A stretch of DNA of 64,000 nt from NCBI GenBank assembly GCA_964106915.2, contig OZ066914.1; one strand, 5' to 3'. Positions 10,737 through 23,967 of the stretch are shown one piece after another (the stretch's first letter is position 1; every line of letters begins with the position of its first letter). The DNA is from Podarcis gaigeae. Lineage: Eukaryota. A model generated the notes under the pieces. The model searched no databases and was not told where the DNA came from. It worked only from the letters and a program-made list of their open reading frames with translations. The position numbers were made by a program, and so were the translations under genes.

Positions 10737-11603
10737 ACTTTTTTAGTTGGCACACAAATGTGCTTTATTGATGTTGCCGCATTGGAACTGGCAAGAGTTA
10801 TCTTTTCTTAATCCCAGCATTACCCATGATGAGTTAACCAATCTGGTACTTGATGGCTACTACTATTATTGCAGTGTGGAGTTATTTTTCATTTCTTGCC
10901 TTCATGTGTGGAAATTAATTCTGTTACGCTATCTGCCAATAGTTGAAAATCCCAGAGGGACAGATTCCTACACCAAGGATGGAGCTGCCACCACTATTGC
11001 TGTCTATGTTGCTGGGGCTTGGTGGCTGCTGTTGTTCTTGTTGACTGTCTAGCCCATATACTAGATTCCCCAAGCATCCTGTTTACAGGGGGAGCTTCGG
11101 ACAATAGCATTAAAAATATGATGGGCGGCTAAAAGAATAGCAACCACACCTGCAAGAATAATAATCTCTCATGCCAATTTATATATATATATATATTTTA
11201 AAAAACAATTTTACATTTTCGGAAAGCTCTACAGTTTGCAAAAACCTATTGCTAGTTACTAGCATATTGAGACTCATAATAGTATGGCACCTTCTAGAAA
11301 TATAGGAATATTTAATTAAATAAAGGCTTGGTTCAAAGCTAAAATATAAAAACTATTGCACCAGAATGCTGTTACAAAACAGAATAACTTTCTAGTGATA
11401 ATCTTGAAATGTGGTGAGGATTGAAGGCCTTTGCAAAACTGGAAACAATTATACTTAACCCAGTAGAAGAAGAAGAAAAAGAAGAACTGTCTCCTTTTTG
11501 ACACTGAAATAAATTAGTATATAATCTAAAAAAGAAATATATTAGCAGCATGAGATGAACCAGGAACAATAGTTAACACTAGTAAAATGACCAGGTCAGG
11601 ATA

Positions 11604-11740
11604 ATAGAATCATAGAATTGGGAGGGACCACAAGGGTCATCTAGTCCAACCCCTTGCAATGCAGGAATCTTTTGCCCAATGTGGGGCTCAAACCCACAAA
11701 CCTGAGATTAAGAGTCTCATGTTCTACCGCCTGAGCTATC
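11604..11740 (-). mobile_element. tRNA-Lys-derived SINE with CR1-derived 3' tail
   Basis: Minus strand: gatagctcaggcggtagaacatgagactcttaatctcagg...gagccccacattgggc (tRNA-Lys(CTT)-like) fused to gattcctgcattgcaaggggttggactagatgaccc...ttctatgattctat, the same tail as the CR1 at 50920-51147. Confidence 0.85.
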
Positions 11741-11822
11741 ACTTCAAAGAACAACAACCCTGGCATTGTGAGATCAATAAATATTTGTTTTCACACCACC
11801 AGAAACAGCAGCTGATGCAAGG

Positions 11823-11965
11823 GTCAGTGTGGTGTAGTGGTTAGAGCATAGGGCTAGAGACACCCAGGTTCAAATCTCCACCAAACGATGAAACTCACTA
11901 GATGACTTTGAACCAGCCACTATTTCTCACCTGATCTACCGCACAGAGTTGTTGTCATAAGAAAA
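11823..11965 (+). mobile_element. MIR/CORE-type SINE relic
   Basis: A box tggtgtagtggttagagc, B box ggttcaaatc, core-like gatgactttgaaccagccac...cagagttgttg. Confidence 0.65.
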
Positions 11966-14077
11966 AGTGGGGCAGGAAACATGTATGGCCACTGTTGATG
12001 GAGAAAGAGGTTGTTGGATTCAGTTGTTTGGATTAAAGGTGGGAAAAAATGTAATAAGAGGGATTGGTATTTAAAATGTAACCCCCCCCCCGCCTTCCCC
12101 GTAAAATAGGTAAACTATTTTTGAAACGAAGGGAGGTTACTGAAGCAGTTTGTTTTACTGGAAGAATGAAACTTCCTTCCTAAGCTGCATCTCTTTGGAT
12201 TCCAGACTGCATCTGTTAACTTCATATAGGGAATTTGCAATAACTTTCCTATGTATTTCAAAGCATACATGATTGTTGATTTTGCTGTAGCAAAATAATA
12301 CTTGAATACATGAAAATGATTTGTAACAAAGCAGTTTGGTGATGTGCTGCATCCTTGGATCATTGCTAAGTACAAATAGAGATGAATGTGTCTGGTGACA
12401 TTCATCACAACAGCAGTGATACTGTTCCTTTCCCTGTTAGATAAATACAAACATCTTGAGCGCTATCTGCTGCACAAAGGTGGTATTACCTAGGAAGACA
12501 GAGGGAAAGAAAGCACTAGCCTATTGTAGAGCAGGTTTTATTTCCAAGTAACAGATAAGACAGGAAGCAGGCTGAAATGCATATAATACAATTAGAAAGT
12601 GGGTGGGGAGGGGAGAGAGATTACAAAAGCTGCGTTCAGATGATGCATTAAGAGAGAGTTTTTAAAAATGCTAGTCTCATATGCCATAATTTAAAGGAAA
12701 AATGAATTCCCTCCATTGCCTTTTAGAGGAACAATAGGGTTTAAACTAGTTATATCCTATTAAACATGATCATACCCAATTTAAATAGCATTAGATTTGT
12801 CACACAGTAGTGATCAAAATTTGGCCTAAAATCATACTTTCTGAGATTAACTAAAATATAATGCTCATATAAACCCTTTGGAGATATAAGCGGAGAGCAT
12901 TATGCGCAGGCAGTATTCTTGCTATTTCTATTGACCCTAAACAGTGTATTAATAAAAGACGTGCAGTGCAACCCAATACATGACTACTTAGAAGTAAGCC
13001 TCACTGAATGCAACAGGACTTGCTCTCAGGCATGTGGGTATAGGAATGCAGCCTTAAATTACATTTAAACATAGTAATTCCCTACTATGTTCACCCTTCA
13101 CCCACACAAGCCACATAAATAATACCATGCAAATCATGCCAGTCCTAACACCTCTTTCTCCATCAACAGTGGCCATAAATCACATGGTATAATGCATGGA
13201 TCTCAATTTACTACATTTGAAGTGCAGTGCTTTCCCATTTCCTATGTAAAAGTTATATGGCTATACTGTCCTTGTGGTTTTCCATAAGGAAGAATGCAGT
13301 AGCAGAAGTCTATGTGGTATTGTATAGCATGAAAGTGGATTCAAGTGTGGAGAAAGGCACAGGCAGGTGAAGGAAGGAACTGGTCACACCATTATAACCA
13401 ATAGCCTCAAGTCATAGGGAGCATTGGTACTCCGGTGCACTCAGGGAGCTAGTTGTATGAGGAAGGTGCAAAGGTGGATGTTACATGTGATGTAATGCCC
13501 ATGCCTACAAAAGGATCAGGGCCATGGTATTTCAACTGTACTTTACATTTCCTCATTCTGTTGACTGAATAAATAATTGCATATTCAATACTTAAATGGC
13601 TCTCTTCCATTGTCTCCCATTCTTTATCCCATGTGAATAACATCTGTGTGCCCAAGAAGTGGAGCAACATCAAGCCAAGGTCAAGACCCAGCAGACAAGG
13701 GAAGATGAAACAGAGAGGCAATACAGGTGAGGCAAAGCAGAGGTCAAAGATCAACAAGCAACAAAGAAAGGTGGATACCACCATGGATGGCCCAAGTGGA
13801 GCTTCGGCTGTAAGTCAAGTGAGGTTGGCAGGAAGCCACATCAAGTCTCACTTGTTCTAAACTGAATTCATTTTTCCTTTTAGTGTTGTAAACATCTGTT
13901 ACACATAGAAACGTGTTTGCTTTAAAACATCAAAAGCATCCAATTAAAACAGTGCAGAATTCTGTTTCCAAGGGGGAACTGCTTTCTCCTAGTAACAACA
14001 CCCAGTGGCACATTACCTGTGTAGTAGCTGGTATTTTAACACTTGACGCAACTTTATAGTGCTCCTAAGAAGACCTT

Positions 14078-14418
14078 GGGATGTGGGTGGCACTGTGGTC
14101 TAAACCACTGAGCCTAGGGCTTGCCGATCAGAAGGTCAGCGGTTCGAATCCACACGACAGGGTGAGCTCCTGTTGCTTGGTCCCAGCTCCTGCCAACCTA
14201 GCAGTTCGAAAGCACACCAAAAAGTGCAAGTAGATAAATAGGTACCGCTTTGGTGGGAAGGTAAACAGCGTTTCCGTGTGCTGCTCTGGTTTTGCCATGA
14301 CCTGGAAAAAACTGCGGACAAATGTCAGCTCCCTCGGCCAGTAAAGCGAAATGAGCGCTGCAACCCCAGAGTCGTTCGTGACAGGACTTAACTGTCAGGG
14401 GTCCTTTAACTTTTTTTT
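14078..14418 (+). mobile_element. Sauria SINE with 12-bp TSD
   Basis: Full head, body and tail; taagaagacctt repeated at 14066-14077 and 14419-14430. Confidence 0.93.
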
Positions 14419-16416
14419 TAAGAAGACCTTTAGGTGATGTTAGCCCAGAGTGCTGGGAAGTGAACTGCCTGCGAGATGAGAGACTTGGAGGCAAATCAAA
14501 GATGCGAGCAGACAAAACTTTATTAGCAAATAAAACCCTTTGAAAACACAGGCTTCCTAACCAGATATGCTGACCCAGCTTTGAACAGAGTGCTTAGAAT
14601 ACGCTCCTAATTAAAAGTGAAATGGATGCAATAATGGTAATCAATGCATTCAAAGCCTTTCTATGAGCATGAAAGGAGAATAAAAAGGGAAATATAGGAA
14701 AGGTAATCACCAGTCAGCTGAAGCTTAGTATTGGGGAAACTACTTGAGCAAATAATAAAGAAATTGATTGATCTTGGAGTATTTTAGGACCATCTGATGA
14801 CCAACATGCAGACTTAGTTTCAAAGGAATAGAATACATCAGTAAGAACTATCACCCTCCTTTAAGACTAATTAACAGGGTCAGAGAGCCTAGCTCAACAG
14901 GGTAACATTGTTCACGTTATTTAGGCATATTCCACAGATCCCATATAGATTTAGAGGTTGACAAAGGAGAGTGCTGCACTGCCTGTATTTGTAGCTTTTC
15001 AGGTTCTATCTGATCCTTGTTTGGTTATATTCTGTTACATTTATTTGTTGGTTTTAAAATGCATTGATGTGTTGTGAATTAGTTTTAGGCACAATTTTGT
15101 ACGCTGCCCCAGAATCTGAGGGAAGGTGGTTAAGAAGTATTTTAATTAGATGAATAAATAACATTTCATTTTATTTAGTAATAAAAGGGGGAGGGCTGGG
15201 TTTCTCTGTAAGTTTTCCTTTACCTTTTGTGCATACACACACATACTGAAGTGCCTACATATATACTGTATGTTGATACTCCAGCTGCCGGACCATTTCC
15301 TGTCCAAATTGCTGGCATGGGAATGACTCATGAACATATGAAAGTCTCTTCTACCTATATAGTTGAAGCAGATGCCCATGTAAGGGGGCTGGAGCAGGAT
15401 CATGCCTGCTGGCCAGACTCCTGATAGATGCATGTTTCTTATCAATGAGAAAGGGATCTTCATACATGCAGGTACACAATCGCCAGGCTTGTTTTTCCAT
15501 GCTACCAGTAAACCAGATTTGCTCAGGCTTCTCAATCACAAGTGAAATCTCTATGCATCTACAGCAGTATTTGTTCTGGCTCTTTTTTTCTTCTTTTTTT
15601 ACTAATTCCTAGTGCACAGCCAATAATGCTGTGGCCAGCAGGTACATTTAGCACTGAGGCATGGCCAGAGGTCATGATTCCACCTCACCAATTCTCTGGG
15701 CATGTGGGGTGGAGCTGAACACTTCAACGACTTCTCCAAACCTTCTGCTCTTCCTATGTTGGTGAACGACTACTGCTATCACCACTGATCACTGGCTATT
15801 CTCTTTGTGGCTGATGGAAGCTGGAGTTGAACAACATCTGGACGACACCAGGTTGAAGAAGGCTAATCTTGCCTAACAGAGTGTTGCAAACCTCAACTGG
15901 CAAAACAGACTTTGCATGGTTTCAGACAGAAGTGTTCCTCAATGCAGCAAGATGGATGTGCATAGATCCCTATGCTTGCAGAGCATGAGCTGAACCTCTG
16001 AATAATAATCTTTCAAAAACCAAAGGGCTGTATTGAACTGAATAGTCACACGACTATAGGAGAAAGCACAATGAATCCTGCTAGCATAACGGGGCTTTCT
16101 CTCCTACCCCATGCACCAGGGGGAGTCAGGAGAACCCCCCAGATCAGTGCATGGGGGGAAAAGAAGGGAGAATGTTGCACCAGACAAGCAGAAATTATTG
16201 TGCTGACAGAGGAATCATATTAGTGTGACATTGATTTCCTCCTGAAATGTTCAGACTCAGCCAGGGTTACTGTGGGATTGCATGTGCAGATTTTGCCACA
16301 TTTGAGATGCAAAAGTACCACCATAATCTTTTTCCTCCATGTATTGCTTCCATAGGCCCAAAAGAAAGTTCTGGGATGACTTCTGGCAGAAGTAAACCTT
16401 CATCTCCTGTGGAATA

Positions 16417-17131
16417 TTGAAACTGAAATACTTTATTGTCACTTGTAAAACTTGTATACAGTGAGATTACACGAGCACCCCCCACTCAGCCCTCTTAGAC
16501 TTAATTCCGCTCATTTACTGACACACACACACACACCAAACACAAAAGTCAGTTGCCCTGTTGTTATCTTTTCATTCAGCAGCCTAACAGCCCATGGATA
16601 GAAGCTGTTCTTTACCCTGCTGGTGTGACTAATCATGCTTCTGTATCTTCTGCCCAAGGGCAGGAGGTCAAGAAAGTGCCGGCCAGGGTGTGAATCATCC
16701 CTGAGAATTTTCCTCACTCTCCTGAGGCAACGTTCTTCCATGATGTCATCCAGTGGATTCACGGGACAGCCCATAATATATTGTGCTGTATTCACCACCC
16801 GCTGTAGGCACTTCCTATCAGTTGATGTCAAACCAGCGTATCACACCATAATGCAGTATGAAAGGACACTTTCTATTGTGGACCGGTAGAAGGAGATCAT
16901 CAAATGTTGATTGACATTGTTCTTTCGCAATACTTGGAGGAGATGGAGTTTCTTTTGGGCTTTCTTAACCACCTGGGTTGTATTGATTTTCCAAGTAAGG
17001 TCTTCACTGAGATAAACTCCTAGGAATTTAAAGGAAGAGACTCTCTCCACACAGTCCTCCCCGATGTACAGCGGGGCTAGTTCTCCTCTCTTCCTCCGAA
17101 AGTCCAACACCATCTCCTTTGTCTTGCTGAT
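16417..17131 (-). mobile_element. Rex1/Babar-type non-LTR retrotransposon 3' fragment (pseudogenised RT C-terminus)
   Basis: SKTKEMVLDFRR..VERVSSFKFLGV..DLTW..FYRSTIESVLSYCI(stop)..LQRVVNTAQ..DSHPG..GRRYRS..NSFYPWAVRLLN; AATAAA near the 3' end; in-frame stop at 16841-16843. Confidence 0.85.
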
Positions 17132-18096
17132 ACTGTATTAAGGTGCAAAAATATGCCTATTTTTGTTTCACTCACCATCTTCAGTCTTCCGTATGTTCTC
17201 TTTTTGCACACAAAAATAAGAAGTCATTCTTCTCGCCTTATAAAAGACAAAGCCTTCATCCTACTCCTCCTTCTGCTGCAATACTGGAGCCAATTAAGTT
17301 TTCATTCACACTAGGAGCAGACGAGCTTGTGAGTTGCAGTTTATCAGCAGGGAAGTAACAAATTACCAGTTTGGCTTGACTATAGAAATGCAGGAGATAT
17401 CCTAAACTGGCATGCTCGTTACTGGTCCCTGCTGGGCTTACATTTCCCCCTCTCTACATCATTCATCAAAACTAAATGTAAGTGCTTTGATACTGTTAAA
17501 TGGAGAAAATTAATTTATAGAAAAGGTAACAGGCAAACTGGCTTAATTAAAGTACTTGAAAGGTACTCTGATACCCTACCGCTAACTCACATCACTTGTT
17601 ATGCAGCTGCATGAGTTATATATATATATATAAGGTTTTTTCCAAATTATGTCAATGTAAGAGAAACTTCTTTTAAAAATTTACTGAGTCTTAGCACTTT
17701 GGGGAAATGCTTCATTACAAAGGATTCTTTACAGAAACAACCTGGTGAGAAAACCCAGCACAGAACACATTCTGTTCACAGATTCTGCCTCTTTCTTTAT
17801 TTTTAAAGAGAAGCTTAAGTTGTGGTTATCGGGGCAGCTCACCACAAATCAAACCAGTGTGCTCTACTTTTTATGAATTTAATCATTGAATTTATTTATT
17901 AAATGAATTTTAAGGCACACATGTTTTCCTACACTCATATTTTCTTGACACTTTTTTTAAAAAAAGTGTGCCGTATGGAGTGGCTCTAGAAAAAGATAAT
18001 GTGCATAAACTTATAATAGGAATTTATATGAAAAATAATGTTTGCATGTGTTTGTAAATGGGTACAAGAGAGGAATGGGCATAAACTGGTATAAGA

Positions 18097-18740
18097 TAGG
18101 GATGGGCAAATCTGTCAGTTTCGGTTTCTCTCAGTTACACATCTTTCCAGTCTTAAGTTAAGCCCCTCCACACGGAGATGACTGGCAGAATCCGAGACCT
18201 GGGAGAAGAAAAGATTGAAGAAGATTGGAAGAAATTTAGGATTTATTTACAAAAATATTGTAATCTGGTTGAATGTTAAGAAGGATGCTTGATCATAAAT
18301 AATTGGCCACCACTAAATTAGATTGGAATTTGATGATACGTGAGATCAAGGAAAATACAAACCTTTTGGAGAATTGTTAGACTATACTTAAATGAGTGGA
18401 TATAAGATTGTAAACAAGATGATAATTTGCTTGAAAAAAAACTTCTCAACAATGTAAGTGGGAGCAGGAGACGCGAGGAAGTCTAAACAAGTTATGAAAT
18501 TTTGTTATGATATAAGCAATGTTGTTTATTACCTATGTATTTTCTTTACAAAAAATCTTAATAAATATTTTTTTTTAAAAAAAAGTTAAGCCCCTCCACA
18601 TTTCAACATCAAACTTCATATTTTTTTAAGCTAAAAAGAAAAATAATCACAATTTTAATGTGATTTTCTCCTAATATTCATATGTTTGTAAACAATTTTG
18701 CCTAATTTCCCCCTTTTTTTTGTCTTTTTGCAAATGTTTT
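18097..18740. mobile_element. Old DNA-transposon relic (TAGGGATG terminus) interrupted by the L1 fragment
   Basis: agtcttaagtt..ctccacatttc is the reverse complement of the core of the copy at 23232-23661; right boundary approximate. Confidence 0.5.
18173..18582 (+). mobile_element. L1-clade LINE 3' fragment with 18-bp TSD
   Basis: Encodes ..EMTGRIRDLGEEKIEEDWKKFRIYLQKYC.. (L1 ORF2-like C-terminus), then 3' UTR, AATAAA and an A-rich end; aagttaagcccctccaca at 18155-18172 and 18583-18600. Confidence 0.8.
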
Positions 18741-18816
18741 TGCGGGTTGTTCAAATGGTACCAAAGTGATAGTTCTATTAGTTGAAGCTCTATATGGATT
18801 TCTGGCACAGAGATAT

Positions 18817-19113
18817 TAGGAAGCTGCTATATACCAAGTCAGACTATTGGTTCATGTAGCTCAGAAATGTCTACATTGACAGGCAGTGGCCTTCCAGGTT
18901 TCAGACACAATTCTGAGCCTGGGACCTTCTGCACACAAAGCATAGGAACACAGAGAGCTGATATACACATTAATCCAGCTAGCCAATATTCTTGACATGG
19001 ACAGCAACTTCTCTGGAGCTTCAGATGAGAAATTCCCAGCCCCACCTGGAGACACCAGTGATTAGGCCGGGGATATTTTCCATGCAAAGCAGATGCTTTA
19101 CCACTGAGCTGTA
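18817..19113 (-). mobile_element. Two tandem degenerate tRNA-derived SINEs (Squam3-like)
   Basis: Two taggaa..agctg tails (18817, 18943); tRNA-like head agctcagtggtaaagcatctgctttgcatg on the minus strand. Confidence 0.65.
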
Positions 19114-19812
19114 CAACCCTTATTTTACTAGCTGTGTGTGCCTGTTTTCAGCTTTATAACAATTCCTTTTACTTTCTTCTCCTGCCTTTCTGCTGAACTA
19201 CAGCAATGGCTTATCCTAGCATGAAAAGAGGAGCAAAGCTTCAGTGCAAAATCGTAGCTGGCTGCAAGGACAACACAGTAACTGGCTTGTTACTTCTGTG
19301 AGATCTTAGTGGCAACTTGAGCTACAGTAAAAAAAGATCTTTGTTGGGCAGCTCTTATCTGTTGGATAGTCACTAGAACACTGTGATATAGTTGGTGCAA
19401 TGTGTTCTAGCGATTTCCTATATTTAATGCTAAATATATAAGATGAAAGAATTATAGCCAATAACGCAGGCTTGCAGAGGCTAAATTTGTCAGCAGCTAT
19501 TAAGGGTTCTAGCCAGTCACTCCCAGAGTGATGCAGATTTTTCCAATTGATTTCTTCTCACATGACAGAACAAAGTTTAGTTGCACTCAAAATGTCGAAA
19601 GCGAACATTATCGTTTCAGGCGACCTGGCAAGTTAAGAACGAGCCATTTAAAATCTCTTAATTGTTCTAATAAGAGGGTTGCATTTGATTTTACGTCTTC
19701 AACAATAACTTGCTTTTTACATTGTGTGCCCAATGAAGGCAAGCAAATTGACATTTTATTGTCTTCTCTCTGATCTAGTAGAGAAGTTGGAGCTGCGTGT
19801 GTGGTAACGGAG

Positions 19813-19835
19813 ACACACAGACACACACAGACACA

Positions 19836-19868
<33 letters not shown>
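19813..19868. repeat. (CA)n microsatellite
   Basis: Seen directly in the sequence. Confidence 0.95.
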
Positions 19869-19871
<3 letters not shown>

Positions 19872-22800
19872 ATTCCTAATTGCATCAGAAGGGTAGAGCT
19901 TCTTTTGCATGAAGTTAGGAGTACCTGGTGGAGGCAACATACTGCCAGGTTCACTGGCAGCTTTTTAAAATGCTAAGCACTGAAAATGAAGAAGAAACAA
20001 GCTAGGTGGTCTTGTAGGGCATTCTGAACTTAACGGGTAATGTTTCAAAGTAGGCATGCCTCAGATTGGACTGTTGAATGGTGTAAAAGTCAGTGATGGG
20101 GAGGAGACTGGCCTGTTCATTAGACTACTGCCTAGTGTGGGCTATGAAGAGGAAAATCCAGCTTCATAGGGAATATTAATCAGCTGGCCAGTGTTTTGAC
20201 ATGGAATGTTTCATAATGTGAAAGAGGGAGCAGGGCCAGGTGGCTCAGAAGTCAATGGTGCTTGCTATTGCAAAGTTTTATTTTTCCCAGTTGAGAGTAT
20301 GAGTAGTTGCTGTTCACTTCTGTGGAGCAAAGCAACATACATTGAGAGCCTATTAGGGGGGCTGCATGTGTCAGCAAAGAGAAAGATTCATTCCACCCCC
20401 GCCCCCAGCTGCCATGGGTTGCTGTAATCCATGGGCCCTTTCCATTTTAATGATCATCGTTTTGCTAGAGTGTGACGTACATCTCTGACCATGTAAAAAA
20501 TGTTTTCCTTTTTTGATGGATTGAAGGGACAAAGTCAAAACAGGAGGAACTGTATAGCCAAGTAAGTACATAGCTATAAATCAGTCCTAGAGTCGTTTAA
20601 GACTGTACGCTCTTTCTGAATCAGAGTCAGTTCCATCTGCCAAGTGCTCACTTGCACAACCTATTTTTCTCTTGCCTTGTCTCTCTCAGCTGCATAAATA
20701 AATCCTAGTCATTTACAATGAATATGTATTGCTGCATTTCAGATGGGGTTGTGTCAGATGGTTGACTTTGTCTGAAACCCCATGTACAATTGTTTTAACC
20801 TGTTGTGAATTCAAATTCCCGATATGGAAGAAAAGCGGGCTATAAATGTTAAAACAAATGCATTGAACATTATTCTATTTTCAGGTATTGTATGACAGTG
20901 ATGTGTAAGTACTTTCCCCATTCTTTAATGCCATTCATTTTCTTCATTAGCGGGCACACTAGTTTGATTATCACACCATGCAAGTTATATTCATTTTATT
21001 GCTCATTTGTTGGACTTATATTCTATTTGTGATTTGCAGTTGTTTGCTTTGGGTCTCCCCCACCTTTACTTCTTTTCATTACTGTTTTGTCACCGCCTAT
21101 AGCAGTGCCATCAATAGAACCAACTTGGGCAGCTACTCAAAAAAATGGTCTTTCTTCTTCTCCAGACATTTCATTTCATGTCAGGGGGTTGGGGGTCACT
21201 ACTAAAAAAACACCTCTCCTTTTTTTTTGCTGAAATACTGTGATTGCTGGGGCAATCTGGGGAGGAGGAAATGGCCAGCAGCAGTAGTGACCATGGAACC
21301 CAGCTCATGCCAGTGGAGACCAGTAGATTGCCCACCCCTGAATGGTATGGAAGCAACAAAACAGTGCCATCTCCTGTTTGTGAGCTTCCCATAGGCATCT
21401 GGTTGGTGACTATAAGAACAGAATGCTAGACTAGATAGCATTCTAGTCTGTCTAGATAACTCTGACCCAGGAGGGTTCTTCTTAAGTTCTTCTATCCCTT
21501 CACACCTCTGTGCATTTTGGAACAAATTAAAATGGAACCTCATGAGCCCCATTTCCAATTGCTCCAGTGTTCTGAAGTGAATGCCCATCCCTATTGTACA
21601 ACCAAGTAGATTCCCTCCCCCACATCAGCTTTGATTACATATGCATGTTTTCTCCTGGTCTTGCGAACTGTGTAACAGGAATACAAATTGTGGTCAGACT
21701 AGATCTTAAAAAACAGTTTTCAAAATTAGGCAGTGACCTTGAGATTTTGCCCAAAGTCTGATCCTATTAGTTTCTGTTTGGGGGAGGAGTTCTGAGGATT
21801 CATTCAAAGCTCAGAGGCAACTTTCGTATGCTCATCTGCTGCCCATTGGTTTCCCCAGTCGTTGCCATATTACATAAACCTAGATTGCATCCCCAGAGCT
21901 ATTCCCAGCACTGAAGTGACTATGAGAACTCTTGCAGATGAAGTTGTACTATGTACACATCAAAGTCATAGTAAAATGAAAGTGATTGCAATAGCTTAAG
22001 TAATTTATAAAATTAACCTATTTATTATCCCAGCTCAAACAGTGGCTAAGTGTGAATGTGTGAGTAGGCACAGCAAAAATAACATGTGCTTCAGTTCTCC
22101 TGCTGTTGCTTCACTACCCGGAGGTAAGTCAATAGATTGGCTTCACATGACATGTGAACTGGAAATCATGGTTTGCATCCGCCAGACAAACAGCAAGCAA
22201 TAAGCCAAGAACAAACCTTGGCTACAGCTCATGGTTTGTCTGGAAGAAGATGAGACGCCAGCCTAGGTTCAGATGTAACACTAAGCCAAACCATGGTTTA
22301 GCTCCAGGTAGTGCAGCAACAGGATGACTGAGGAAGGAGTAGAGAAGCCGCAATTGTTGCCATGAGTACCCACACACTTGCATGTTCATGCTTAGTCATG
22401 GCTTGGCTTAGTGATACATGCAAACTGGGCAATTGTGTATTACCATATTACTGTTATAATAATTTGGTAATTTAACTTTGTATTCTCCCTGTGAACTCTT
22501 TTGATTGTACTTTAATTTTTTCTGTTTTCTTTGGATAATAACCTATTTTATTATTTAATAATAAATTTTCTTCTAAAAAGAATATGAATCACCACACATT
22601 TCTCTTTCAGTTTCATTCATTCATTCATTCATTTTAAGCTTAGTGCTGCGATTAGCTTCTCTTTCTTCTGCTGGCTCATAGGTAGGACTCGGCTCCAAGT
22701 TTTACCACAGGTTTATAGCTTCACATTCATTCATGTCTAAACTTGTTCAGGCAGAATGCCATCCTTTACATTTGAAAGCATTCAAAATTAACAAAAATTC

Positions 22801-23231
22801 ATGGATTTTTCTCCATTGAAGCGAGGCTTGTATCTATTGAACTCTGACCAAGAAACAGAAAATATTTAAAAAATAGGAGATGAACTGGGGATCCATTTTA
22901 AAGAAAAACCATGTGCTGCATCATTTCAAAGGTTACACTAAGACATGTGGTGATAGAAACCTGGCATATACTTCTTTGTGACAGCTGGTAGAGTCTGGCA
23001 TGCCTCCTTTTGGACTGTTAATTCCAGTTAAACGCACTATTACTCCTGTGCCTGCTGCCACTCCTTTACCTGTCTACTGCTAAATGGGTTCTTTGGAAAG
23101 ATTCCTCTTCTTTTTTCTCCTTTTTTCAATAGTGAAAAAAGACATCGGAAGAAGACAGCAGTAGGTGAATATGTATACAGGAAGGTGTGGCTAATAGGAA
23201 AGAAATCTGGATAGGGTAGTTGAACTGAAGA

Positions 23232-23661
23232 TAGGGATGGGGGATAAATTCAATTTTGTTTGCATTTTAATGAAAGACTACCTAATTTGCACCATTTCAT
23301 ACCAAATGTGCACATAATATGCGAGCCAAAACAACTATCCTTTGAAATTCGCCCTGCTCTGAATTCTGCGATACACTTCTCCAAGCAAGCCATGTGTACA
23401 AAAATGCATGAAAATGACATATTAAATGCATTATGTCAGGAAAAACAGCTAGCAAAAATGTGTATATTACTCCAAAACTGAATACAAAAATGTATATAAT
23501 TGGAGAAACTCACAATGAAACGCTGATGAATTTTCATGAGGATTGTTGTTGTTTTTTTAATGCAAATTGCTGCAGAAATGTGGAGAACCGAATTTAAGAC
23601 TAAAATAAAAATAAAAATGAGAACTTGCGTGAAGCTGAAAGTGATGGCTTTGTCTGTACCA
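23232..23661. mobile_element. Old non-autonomous DNA transposon (TAGGGATG terminus, hAT-like)
   Basis: Homologous in opposite orientation to 18097-18740; right terminus degenerate. Confidence 0.5.
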
Positions 23662-23967
23662 GCCACACACAAAAAAGATAACAGGAGGTTTAGGAAAATG
23701 CCAAGGTTTGCAAGAGTAATAAAGAAATCTTTGAGGGCAGAAACTTCTTGTGGGGGGAACTTTTACCATAGCCCAATGAAGACTAAGCCTGCTCAGTGGT
23801 CCTGGGATGCTGGCTCACTCTTGAGTAGGCTGGTGGGTGGAGGAGGAAAGACAAATTCCAGAGAGGGAGATAACAGAACATAGAATCTTAGAAGAGGATA
23901 TGGCTGCTGCAGAGACATATTTAGGGCATTGTGAGCGGTGTGGTTGTGCTGGGTGCACAGCTGAGGA

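Noticed and set aside
11670-11740. tRNA-Lys gene
   Set aside because: Mutated B box and stems, missing 5' acceptor bases, and fused to a CR1 tail, so it is a SINE head
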